Source: Callorhinchus milii
Taxonomy: Eukaryota
Direction: 5' to 3'
NCBI RefSeq assembly: GCF_018977255.1
Contig: NW_024704742.1
Coordinates: forward strand, 131,814,001-131,878,000
Length of the DNA stretch: 64,000 bases
Shown: piece after piece, positions 38,960 to 50,055 of the stretch
How the letters are laid out: every line of letters starts with the position of its first letter
How positions within the stretch are numbered: the first letter of the stretch is position 1
Made by a program: the position numbers and the translations under genes
The notes under the pieces: model-generated
What the model saw: only the letters and a program-made list of their open reading frames with translations
What the model was told of the DNA's origin: nothing
Database searches by the model: none

Positions 38960-39435
38960 ACAATCATTGGTTAGGTTCCAATTGGAATACTGTGTCCTGT
39001 TCGAGGCACCTTGTTTCAGGAAAGATATTAGGAATGAAATATTAGGAATGAAAATATTAGGAATTTTAAAACAATCTAGAATTTGATGTACAAACTGATG
39101 AAAGATTTTGACAGCTTAAATAGAGTGATGTTATTTCTATTGATAATGACCAGTGGACTAGGCATCAGTGTTTAGAGGACATAATTAAAAGATGGCAAAA
39201 GGAGAACTTAGGAGGAATCGTTTTACCCAGAGAGTAGTTGGTATGTGGAACGTCCTGTCCAGTAGGATGATGGAGACAAAGTCTTATAGCTTTCAGGAGG
39301 TAGTAGGCAAGTATATGAAAGAGAGGGGCTTGAAGGGGTTTGGGGATAAGACAGACCAGTGGGATTTAACTGATGTCCTTGCTCTATGAGCTGGTGTGGA
39401 CTCAAAGGGCTGAATGGCCTCCTTCTGTGGTGGAG
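38960..39435 (+). mobile_element. CR1 3' fragment, degenerate
   Basis: RRNRFTQRVVGMWNVL; GGGCTGAATGGCCTCCTTCTGTG 3' motif. Confidence 0.8.
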
Positions 39436-40019
39436 ATCTCCGTTTCTATCTTACAGAATTTGGGACAATTCTTCCATTCATTCTTAATTTGGAAGCTGGT
39501 TTTCTGTAATCTCTTTTGAAGAAAAGTGAATAAAGATCCAATTAAAAAAAAGAAAAATGTTTTGGAATTGTGTGTGGCTTCAAAGTTTAAGATAATGGTC
39601 TTTAAGATAAACTGCAAGGAATTCCGTGCCTCTGAAGTCAGTGTTCAAACTGGCCTGGAGAGAATCTAGAAGAGATTGTTTTCATTTCTGGCAGGATACT
39701 TAATGCACTCATTAATGTTAAGAGATTCCAACCTATCCTCTGTTTTTTTTTCTTTCATTTAATTTGGTATTCTTTGTTCAAAGCTTCTTTGAAGAAATCA
39801 TCTTCTGAAGTGCACGCTGCTTTTTTTCCCCCTCTAACGGTTCATTTATATTGTCTGCCTTGTGAGGTGTAGCTAAAGGTGCAGTATAAATACATGGTAG
39901 GAGCCTGGCTCGGATGGTAAAAAAAAGGTAGTATTCTTGTCTCTGAGTCAGAAGGTTGTAGGTATTCTTCCCACTTAGCTCCTGTTAACCCTGCAAGTCT
40001 AGGTGGGGCTTGATAATAT

Positions 40020-40341
40020 TAATAAATAATAATAATAATAATCCTTGCATTTGATATAGCGCTTTTCACGTCGGGAGGACGTCCCAAAGCGCTTCACAGA
40101 ACACACTGTAAAGTGAATTGACTGTATATTTGTGGGCGAACGCGGCAGCCAATTGCACACAGCAATGTCCCACAAACAGTCGTAGATTGAAAATGACCAA
40201 TTTATATTGTTTTATTTTGGAGGGATTATTATTAGGCGTGTGGAGTAAGGAAACTTGCCCAAGGTTTCGCCCTGCCTGGAATTGAACCCAGGTGTCTCGC
40301 TTGCAAGGCGAGTGCTCTAATCACTGAGCTACAGGACTCCA
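40020..40341 (-). mobile_element. Young composite SINE (short form), full length
   Basis: Complete head, Deu core and tail. Confidence 0.95.
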
Positions 40342-40529
40342 CAAATGGTATCGTTACATGGATAAATTTTGTATTCCAAGATTTCTCATGTAACTTCTAC
40401 GTATCTGCAGCAGGAATGAAGCCGTGTGATATAAGAACATAAGAACATAAGAATTAGGAGCAGGAGTAGGCCATTTGGCCCCTCGAGCCTGCCCTGCCAT
40501 TCGATAAGATCATGGCTGATTTTCAGACC

Positions 40530-43516
40530 TAACTCTAATTACCTGCCCTATTTCCATATCCCCTAATCCCTCTATTTTTCAAGAATCTATCAGTCTCAGC
40601 CTTGAAAATGTTCAAGGACTGAGCATCTACAGCCTTCTGGGGTAGTGAATTCCATAAGTTCTGAGTGAAGAAATGTTTCCTCAACTCTGTTCTAAAAGGC
40701 TGACCCTTAATTTTAAGACTGTGACCCCTGGTTATAGATTCTCCTACCAGGGGAAACAGTCCCTCTGTGTCTACTTTATCAGCCCTTTAAGAATCTTATA
40801 AGTTTCAATAAGATCCCCCTAATTCTTCTGTACTCTAGAGAATACAGCCCTAGTTTATTCAGCCTATCCTCATAGGTCAGTCCCCTCATCCCAGGAACTA
40901 ACCGAGTGAATCTACGCTGCACCCCCTCTAGGGCAAGTATGTCCTTTTTTAAATAAGGAGACCAAAACTGCACACAATACTCTAGGTGTGGTCTCACCAA
41001 AGCCCTATACAGTTGCAGCAAGACTTCCCTACTCTTATATTCTAAACCTTTCGAAATGAACGCTAACATGCCGTTCGCCTTCTTAGTTGCTTGCTGCACC
41101 TGCAAACTAACTTTTTGGGACTGGTGTACAAGGACACCCAAATCCCTTTGAATACTAACACTATCTAACTTCTTCCCTTCCAGAAAATAATCTGTTCTTT
41201 TATTCTTGCTACCAAGGTGAATAATTTCACACTTGCTAACATTGAATTCCATCTGCCACCTACTTGCCCACTCCCCGAGCCTATCTATATCTTGTTGCAA
41301 TCTTTTTGCATCATCCTGAGAGCTCACTCTGCTACCTAGTTTAGTATCATCCGCGAATTTAGACACATTACATTCAATGTCCTCGTCCAGATCATTGATG
41401 TAAATGGTAAATAGCTGAGGCCCAAGCACTGATCCTTGTGGCACTCCACTAGTTACATCCTGCCAATTCGAGAATGATCCGTTTATCACTACTCTCTGCT
41501 TTCTACCCGATAGCCATTCTTCTATCCATGTTAATATTTTCCCATTAATCCGTGGGCCTTGATCTTGAGTAACAGCCTTTTGTGTGGCACCTTGTCAAAT
41601 GCCTTCCTAAAATCCAAATATACCACATCTACTGGTTCCCCCTTATCCAACCTGCTGGATACATCCTCAAAAAATTCTAAAAGGTTAGTCAAGCATGACT
41701 TCCCTTTTGTAAAGCCATGTTGACTCTGCCTAATCTTTTTATGGTCTTCCAGGTATCCCATAACTACGTCTTTTATTAAGGACTCAAGAATTTTCCCTAC
41801 AACTGACGTCAAACTAACTGGTCTATAGTTTTCCCTATTTTCTCTCCCACCCTTCTTAAATAGTGGAGTTACGTTTGCAATCTTCCAATCAATGGGAACT
41901 TTTCCAGTATCCACAGACTTTTGGAAGATTATAGACATGCCATCCACTATCTCAGTAGCCACCTCCTTTAAAACTCTCGGATGCAGACCAGGGGATTTAT
42001 CAGTTTTAAGACCTGACAATTTACCTAGAACCATCTCTTTACTAATGTTAATCTCCCTAAGTTGCTCGCTAACATTGACTTCTTGGTCCTCTATTTTTGG
42101 TATGTTTCCAGTGTCTTCTACGGTGAAGACTGTAGAAAAATACTTGTTTAATGACTCTGCCATGTCTTTGTCCCCTATTATAATTCCTCCGGTCTCTGCC
42201 TGTAATGGACCCACATTCACCCTCGCTAGCCTTTTCCTCTTTATATATTTGTAAAAACTCTTGGAGTCTGTTTTTATGTTCTTTGCTAGTTTGCCCTCGT
42301 AATCTATTTTCTCCCTCTTGATCAATTTTTTGGTCCTCCTCTGTTGTTCCCTAAAGTTCTCCCAATCCTCGGGTTTACTACTCATCTTCGCTGTTTTATA
42401 GGCTTTTTCTTTTGATTTGATACTTTCCCTAACTGCTCTAGTTAGCCATGGCTGCACCACCTTTCCCATGGCATTCTTATTCCTCAAAGGAATATGTGCT
42501 CGTTGGGAATTTTGCACTATCTCCTTGAATGTCTGCCATTGCTGGTCTACCGTCAAATCTTTAAGTTTAGTCTCCCAGTTTATTCTGGCTAAATCCTCTC
42601 TCATACCAGCAAAGTTGGCTCGATTTAAATTGAAGACTTTTGCTTCAGACTTAACTACTTCCCTCTCTAACTTAACGCTAAATTCCATCATATTATGATC
42701 GCTTTGCCCTAGAGGAGCCTTAAGTTCCAGTTTGCTGATCAGCCCTGTTTCATTACACAAAACAAGGTCTAATATGGCTTGTTCCCTGGTCGGCTCCTCA
42801 GCATATTGATCTAGAAAATTATCTCTAATACATTCTATAAACTCCTCTTCTATGTTACCTTTCCCAATTTGGTTGTCCCAGTCTATGTGCAGGTTAAAAT
42901 CACCCACAATTAGTGTCTTTCCTTTGCTACATGCTCCACTAATCTCTTGATTTATACCTTGAGCGATACTTTGACCACTGTTTGGGGGTCTATAAACTAC
43001 TCCCACTATAGTTTTCTGCCCCTTGAAGTTACGTATCTCTACCCATACTGACTCTACATCTTGCTTTTCAGATTTAAAATCTTTCCTCTCTACTGTTTTT
43101 ATCCCATCCTTTATTAGCAGGGCCACTCCCCCTCCTCGTTTACCACATCGCCTATCTTTCCTATATACCACGTAGCCGGGAATATTCAGTTCCCATCCCT
43201 GATCACCCTGTAACCATGTCTCGGTGATGGCTACTAGATCATACCGGTTTGTCTCTATTTGTGCAACTAATTCATCTATCTTGTTACGAATGCTTCGTGC
43301 ATTCAGATATAGCGCCCTTAATTCTGACTTCCGGCTATTAACCCTATTCACCAGCACTCTATCACTGTACTTCCTTTCCCTGCTTGACACACTTTGCTCT
43401 TCTCCCTTGTTAATCTGCTCTCTTGCTTTTGTTGATCTCAAGTTTAACTGTGGTGGACTATACTTTACTATGTTTTTACCTCCCCCCCTTAGTAGTTTAA
43501 AACCCTTTCTACCTCC
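40530..43516 (-). pseudogene. CR1 ORF2 (APE endonuclease + reverse transcriptase), frameshifted
   Basis: APE motifs LYLNARS, ITETWL, YRPP, GDFN, ILDLVL, SDHN; RT motifs NYRPVSLTS, QHGF, YLDFRKAFDKVPH, GVPQGSVLGP, FADD; 1-nt deletions at ~41551, ~40817 and ~40780. Confidence 0.93.
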
Positions 43517-44421
43517 CTATTTATTCGCGTAGCCAGGACATTTGTCCCAGCCCTATTTAGGTGGAGCCCATTCCTTTGGAAAAGCTCCCATCTTCCCCAA
43601 TACTCGTGCCAGTGGCCCATGAATTGGAATTCCTGCTCTCCGCACCACTCTTTTAGCCAGGCATTCAGATCTATGATCTTCTTTTGCCTGTACCAATTAG
43701 CTCCTGGCTCAGGTAACAGTCCCGATATCATCACTTTGGAAGTTCTATTCCTTAGTTTAATTCCCAATTCCCGGAACTCGCTCCTTAACTCGTCCCTACT
43801 GGTCCTACCAATGTCATTGGTCCCTATATGTACCATTACGATTGGATCCTCTCCCTCATGCCTCAAATTTATCTCCAGCCCGGCGGTGACATCCTTCACC
43901 CTGGCCCCAGGAAGACAACAGAGTCTTCTTGTCTCCCTGCTACGGCTACAGAAAACTGTATCAGTCCTCCCGACTGTCTCATCCCCAATAAGAATTACAT
44001 TTTTAACCTCCTGCACAGGGGTGTTGGGGTCAGTTTGCCCGTCTTCCTCGCAGATTTCCTTGTCCACACAGGTTGCCAATATTTCATACCTGTCAGATAA
44101 GGCTAAAGTCTGGGATTCTTCAGCCCCTCTCTTTCGGGAACGCTTGCCTGCCCACCTTACTGTCACCCAGTCATGTCTGTCGCTGCTACATTCTTCTTCC
44201 TTGGGACTCAGGGGAGTGTCCGGCTCCAGGATAAAGCTGTCCAGGAAGTTTTCTCCATCCCTAATGCTGCACAGCGTCTCCACCTGAGACTCCAGCTCAG
44301 CTACTCTCAGCTGGAGCTCTCTGATTTCCAGACACTTGCGGCAGACGAAGTCGCCCGGACTTAAGGCGCCCTCCATTGACTCCCACATGTGACAGACCTC
44401 GCAGTTTACCTGCCACACCAT
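43489..44421 (-). CDS. CR1 ORF1p: Zn-finger/leucine zipper + SGNH (esterase)-fold domain, 310 aa from first ATG
   Basis: ATG at 44421 in AAGATGG context; CEVC...CRKC, heptad LQLRVAELESQVETL, SGNH blocks VILIGDET / CCLPGA / VHIGTNDI / RNGLHLN. Confidence 0.9.
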   Translation of the reverse strand: MVWQVNCEVCHMWESMEGALSPGDFVCRKCLEIRELQLRVAELESQVETLCSIRDGENFLDSFILEPDTPLSPKEEECSSDRHDWVTVRWAGKRSRKRGAEESQTLALSDRYEILATCVDKEICEEDGQTDPNTPVQEVKNVILIGDETVGRTDTVFCSRSRETRRLCCLPGARVKDVTAGLEINLRHEGEDPIVMVHIGTNDIGRTSRDELRSEFRELGIKLRNRTSKVMISGLLPEPGANWYRQKKIIDLNAWLKEWCGEQEFQFMGHWHEYWGRWELFQRNGLHLNRAGTNVLATRINREVERVLNY

Positions 44422-44959
44422 CTTCACAAACTTTATATAGATACAAAGATATATAGCCTGCCCCCACTTCCCCCTCTGCACCTAATTCCCACTCTCACCA
44501 AAGTCCCTCACACTCTCGCCTCACTCTGGACGTAGCTCGCTCTCGCAGCTATCTCCTATTTATACTTTCTGGGTGCAACCCGTTTCTGATTTGCTCAGCA
44601 GTGATTTGGAATTAATGCCTAATCAAGTGATTAATCAATGAGTTAATTTAATCAATAAGTTATTTGTTATTGGCTAGGCTTAATTGGCTATAGCTGCTCC
44701 CTGTAAAGTTACCCCACATGACCAATGTACCAAAGGTATCAGCAATTTTAAATAACAGAAGACTTAAAACAACTACAACAAGACTTGAATAACAACAACA
44801 ACAAATTGGGTTATGTACTCACGATAGCAGTTTTCACGACACTCACAGGAGCAATTCCCACTCTCACTAAATTCCCTCACACTCTGGCCTCGCCTCACTC
44901 CGGACGTAGCTCACTCTGGGCTCTCGGCTCGGGACAGCAGCTTGCCAGACAGCTGAATT

Positions 44960-45262
44960 ATTCTGTAAAGTGTATATGTATTTGTACGTGAACATGGCAG
45001 CCAATTTGCTCAGAGCAATGTCCCACAAACAGCCACAAAGTGAATGACCGATTTTATTTATAGTATTAACAGCCAAGACACCAGGAGAAATTATTTTCTT
45101 TTGTTTTTGAATAGTATCATGGGATCTGTAATGTCCACCTTGGATTAACTTCTCATCAAAGGATGGCACCTCTTACCATGCATTGCTCACCTGACACTTC
45201 ATTAGAGTGCCAGCCTAGACTATGAGCTGAAAGTCCCAACATGGGACACGAATCCACAACTC
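44960..45262 (-). mobile_element. Old Deu SINE
   Basis: GCAGCCAATTTGCTCAGAGCAATGTCCCACAAACAGCC...GGATGGCACCTC...CAGCCTAGAC. Confidence 0.8.
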
Positions 45263-45465
45263 AGAGTTGTTACGGTCGGGAATGCACTGCCTGAAATGGT
45301 GGTGGAAGCAGATTCAATGACAACTTTCAAAAGGGTCTTGGATAGGTACATAAAAAGGAAGAATTTGCAGGGCTACAGGGAAAGAGCGTGGGAATGGGAC
45401 TAGTTGGGATAGCTCACGATGTGCCGAATGGCCTTCTTGTCTACTGTAAAGTTCTATGATTCTAA
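45263..45465 (+). mobile_element. CR1 3' end
   Basis: GGAATGCACTGCCTGAAA...GCCGAATGGCCT...TTCTATGATTCTA. Confidence 0.8.
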
Positions 45466-46898
45466 TTGTAATCAAGAGAGCTCCCAACTGAACCAGGCTG
45501 ACACACAGAGCGCAAATTGAGCCAGGAACTAGACCATAGGTTATGTGGACAAATTCCAATAACATGGGTTGGTTATTTCTTAAATCCATCTTGTGATGAT
45601 GCACTGACTCACCAGTTTGCTGCTGTCCAGTTCAGAAAAACATGCCTTTCCCTGGGATTGCAAGCCGTTTTCTTGCTGGGATTGCATTAGGATTGAAATG
45701 TTTCTAGTGCATTTTCCAATAATCTTTTTTTCTTCTCACCAAGATGTATTGTAGATGGCGAGTGCATCTTTCCCAGCAAGGCAGAGCGGAGGGGGTTTCA
45801 GACAATCTCTGTGATTTTCCAGTAATTCCTTTTGCCCAAAGATAAAACTGCACATGCTGCAGTTGCACTCTCGTTATCATTGTGTTTCCCTGTGAGGCTC
45901 AGTGAAGCCAGGGGCTTCCTTTCTCCCATCTTCTGTGTGTGTTTTTATATAATGTATTAGCTCTGGCTCGCGCAATACAATACTGCGGAGACATGACAAG
46001 GCATTGTGCTATTGTAAACAGAAAAGTTCTGTTCCAGTTCGATTGATGATATTGTTCTGCTCAGCTTGAATTCAGTAATGGGAGGATGGTAGGGCAAGTA
46101 TTATAGAATGATAATAGCAATAATCTTTGCATATGATGCAGCACCTTGCCAAAGTCTCAAAGCACTTCATAGGATTTTACTGCGAAGTGTAGTGACAGTG
46201 TATTTATAGGCGACAAGATCAGGGTGGGCTGAACCTCTGTTGTGATTTTAAAGCACATTTTAAAGCGTGCTTAGGGATGATTTTCCACTATTTCTTATTC
46301 GAATCCCAGCATACTGTGGAATGCTGCAATGTCAGAGGTACCTCCTTTCAAATGAGACCTCAACTTCCTGCCTATTCAGGTGATCATTAAAGATACCGTG
46401 GCACTATTCAAATGAGATGGGGATTTTCTCCCCCAGACAATTTGATCATTTGCTTCATGGCTGTTTGCGGGACATTGCTGTGTTCAAATTAGCTGCCACA
46501 AATATGCAGTCATTACACTTTACAGTAAATCCTGTGCTGCTCTTTGAGGCTTTTCATCAAAGAGATGAGATGATGTATCAATAATAATTATAACAATTCT
46601 TGCATTTGATATAATGTGGTCACTCAATCCACGACTGTTTGTGGGGCACTGCTATGCGCAATTGGCTGCCGCGTTTCGCCCACATAATATACAGTCAATT
46701 CACTTTATGGTATATTCCATGAAGCTGTTTAAGATGTCTCAAAGACATGATAAGGTGCTGTATCAATTGCAAGGATTATTATGTAGCACCTTACCACATC
46801 ATCGAGAAGTTTCAAAGCACTTCACGGGATGTACCGTTAAGTGTAGTGACTGGGTATTTTGTGGGCAAAATTAGAAGCAAGGATTATTATTTACCATG

Positions 46899-47010
46899 AA
46901 CAAAATGCAAAATACTGCAGATGCTGTAATCTGAAACATTGACTCACTTTCCTTTCTCCATAGATGCTGCCGGACCTGCTGAGTTTTCCCAGCTCTCTCT
47001 GTTTTTGTTT
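46899..47010. mobile_element. Penelope-like element terminal remnant
   Basis: AAAATACTGCAGATGCTG...GAAAC followed by AGATGCTGCCGGACCTGCTGAGTTTTCCCAGC...TGTTTTTGTTT, as I recall from chondrichthyan PLE termini. Confidence 0.55.
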
Positions 47011-47699
47011 ATTATTTACCATTCCTTTTCTCCAGCTGTTACTTTTACATTCGGCGAACGCATTAAAAAATAACTGACACAGAATGTGAATGCAGGTAAG
47101 TGCGAGTTACGAACTCTCGCAGTCAATGCAGCAAATTAACCAGGAAGACAGATGGGAGGGAGAAGGGGGCAAATCCTGACAGATTGCTTTTGCTGAGAGT
47201 GCCTCTTTACACGTGCTGCATCTGTACAATTACCGAGTGCCTTTTGCTTCAAACGTAATTACATAGATTTTCTGTCTTGTACACGCGGAAGGCAGCGAGT
47301 GCAGCAAGCTATGACTTACTAGGGTCTGAGAATTGGGGCTCTGATGTGGGCCAAAAATGCTTGCAGGCTTCCTATAAGGACATAATAATAATTACAGTGC
47401 TGTGTGCATGAGGCCAACATTTTCATTAAAGTTGCCAGAAGTATTAAATTATTTGATTAACACTGTATTGTAATCCACAGTAGGGGAATTATAATTTTTG
47501 CTGAAGGATTTCAGGATTAAAGTTCTTTGCAACTGATTTATGAAGAGCAGCGAGAGAATTAGCTGTTTGGCGGTTAACTCGTTCAGGCAGTTTTTTTACA
47601 CTTAACTCTTTCGCAGGTGTAACAGATTTGCTGTGATAATTTTCTCATCAATCATCCCGTGGAAACCTGGTCATTGACGGAATATTTCGGCAAAATGGA

Positions 47700-47960
47700 G
47701 TGGCTATGTATTCATAGGCAAACGCGGCAACCAATTTGCACACAGCAACTGTCATAAAATGGTGAAGAACCATTTTTTTGGGTGAGGGAAGGGAATTGTT
47801 GGCCAGGACACTATTATAAACTCCCTTCTCTTTTTGAACAGCGGCATGACATCTTTACCCACCTTAACAGGCAGACTGTTAAATGTTTCATCTAAAGGAT
47901 GGCACCTCTGACAATGCAACACTCTCCCCAGCACTGCACTGGAGCATCATGTCAGCATAG
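47700..47960 (-). mobile_element. Old Deu SINE
   Basis: GTTGGCCAGGACAC...GGATGGCACCTCTGACAATGCA...CAGCACTGCACTGGAG. Confidence 0.75.
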
Positions 47961-48609
47961 AATTGGTTCTTCAAAGAGTTAACAGAAAACTGCCTTCAAA
48001 ACCAAGGCTGTAATCAAGAAAGTACCAAATTCTGGATACCCTGAAAGGCTACAAAAATACTGTAAATCTAGACCCGGGTAGAATTTCTCCCCCATACATC
48101 AAGGTATACAAATATTATACTTATTATTACAGCAACACATGTACTTCTCTGTAATATTCATTCCAATATTTGTTGAAAACTAAACCTGAAAGAAACTCTA
48201 AGGTGTCTAGCTGTGCAGGCACGATTAGATTTTGTTGCAGTGCTGTTGTTTTAAGTGCCAGGTTTCAGTCAGCACACTGCAGAGTCCCAATGACAGCCTT
48301 GGGCTTCCTGAATAATACAGATGATGGCTCAAGACTCTCCTAGATTCATTATCTGGGAGATTACAATGGTCTTCCGAGCAATTTCCTCCCGGGTTGTTTA
48401 TCTCGATTCACAGGTGACGAATGAGGACAGTTACAAATAATCGTTTCTTATTGCAAACCAAAACGTCTTTAACCAGTTCGATATCCATGAGATGATGGCT
48501 CCACTATCCTTCCACACGTTTCTCTCCACAGAAATTATGCAGGCCTTGCCTGGATGCAAAGTTAGGTTGGGAAAATTTAAATCCAGCTTAAATGTCCTTA
48601 ACGTCCCAT

Positions 48610-49275
48610 TCAGCATGGCTCAACTGCTGATACTCTTGTTTCTGAGGCAGAAGGTTATGGGTTCAAGCATCATGTCATACATTGAGTCCAAAGTCTACAC
48701 TGGCAGTGAAGCTTTATTGGAGATTCCATACCTGTGAAAGAGATGTTAACCTGAGGTCCCGTCTGCCTGTTTAGGTGGATGGTTTGAATTAATTGCTATC
48801 AATAGCACCATTATTGTAGATTGTGACAACCAGGGTGGTAGAGGGTGAACTAGATGGACCTTGGTCTTTTTTGTCTAGAGGTTCCTATGTTCCTATGACA
48901 TTGCATATTCCATGGCACTATTCAATTAGAGAAGTAAGTTTCTCCCGGTGTCCTGGCCAACAATTTCCAAATTGATCATTCACTTCATGGCTTTATGACC
49001 AGTTTTATTTGAGGGATTATTGGCCAGGACACTGGGAGAAACTCCCTCCTCTTCAAATAGTGCCATGGGTTCTTTAACATCTACCTGAACAAGCAGATAG
49101 GACCTCGGTTTAATGTCTCATCTGAAGGACGGCAACTTAAAATTCATGCCCACCTCCCACCACGCTTCACTACATCGGACTGTCAGCCATGACTATGTGA
49201 GCTCAACATGGAAGCTTGAACCCACAACCTTATGACTCAGAGGTGAGAGTGCTACTAACATAACTAGGCTGACAA
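48610..49275. mobile_element. Tail-to-tail pair of old Deu SINEs (+ 48610-48990, interrupted by a CR1-type tail at ~48815-48897; - 48995-49275)
   Basis: CCATGGCACTATT...GTGTCCTGGCCAA followed by its reverse complement TTGGCCAGGACAC...AATAGTGCCATGG. Confidence 0.8.
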
Positions 49276-49669
49276 TGTCAAAAGGAACAACGGAACAGCA
49301 GGGAGTTTGGAATTAAAATGGGTCTGATTTATCCACCGACAAGGAATTGTTTCAACCTATTGACCTGTCTGGCTTTAGGAAGTGGATGACTGATGGTGCC
49401 ACCATTAGGCAAAACCTGGTTTTATTATAACCAGGGATTAATTCTTTGGATACAAAGTGAATAAAGGAGATAATTTCAGAGTTAAAGCTCATGTGTGCTG
49501 TGCATAATGTTCATTACACAATCTTTCTCAACATGTGGCAGCTCCTTCCTCCAAACTTCGGTGAACAGTTCCTTTTGTCAATCACCCAACTGCCTGAATC
49601 AATCACAAAATATGGAGCTGGTAACTTACAAAGAGTGGAATGGATGCAAAGAGACAGAAAATACAATAC

Positions 49670-50055
49670 AATACAAATTACATTTGTATAGCCTCTCACA
49701 TTGAGAGGATGGAGGGAGGGAGCGAGGTGAAGTTCCATTGGATGGGGTCACAAAGGCTGAAGGCCCAGCCACCGATTGTGGAGCGGGCCGGGTGTGGGAC
49801 GTGGAGCAGGCCAGAGCCTGCTGAGTGGAGGAAGCAGACAGGTTGATATGGGGTCAGCAGGTAGCAGAGGTATGGAGTGACAAGGCCGTGGAGGGCCTTG
49901 AAGGTGAGCACGAGAATTTTGATTTTGGATTCTATCCTTTAGGGGATTGGGAGCCGGGCGAGGGTGGGGGTGATGGGATCACAGAGTTCTGGATGATCTG
50001 CAGCTTGTTGAGGGAAGAGTTGGGAAGGCCAACAAGCAGTAAATTGGCATGTAGC
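49670..50055 (-). mobile_element. L2 3' fragment
   Basis: LTFKALHGL...SAGSGLLHVPHPARSTIGGWAFS. Confidence 0.85.

Larger units (their letters stand above)
40431..44935 (-). mobile_element. Near full-length CR1 LINE
   Basis: 5' UTR, ORF1, ORF2 (APE+RT) and 3' UTR ending in (TTCTTATG)n at 40431-40453. The 5' boundary is inferred from the duplicated UTR segment and the adjacent SINE. Confidence 0.95.

Noticed and set aside
39025..39065. Short tandem duplications (also ~37030-37066, ~59838-59863) and microsatellite 21258-21302
   Set aside because: Ordinary slippage products with no evidence of function.
43440..43490. Defined pseudoknot or G-quadruplex downstream of the slippery site
   Set aside because: Only one long G-run and weak complementarity (TCCACC). 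Cannot be supported by eye.
43619..44287. 222-aa plus-strand ORF (and those at 41892, 42417, 43224)
   Set aside because: Antisense shadows of CR1 ORF1/ORF2 with no recognisable domain.
40400..44960. Target-site duplication around the full-length CR1
   Set aside because: No convincing direct repeat in both flanks, and the 5' boundary is uncertain.
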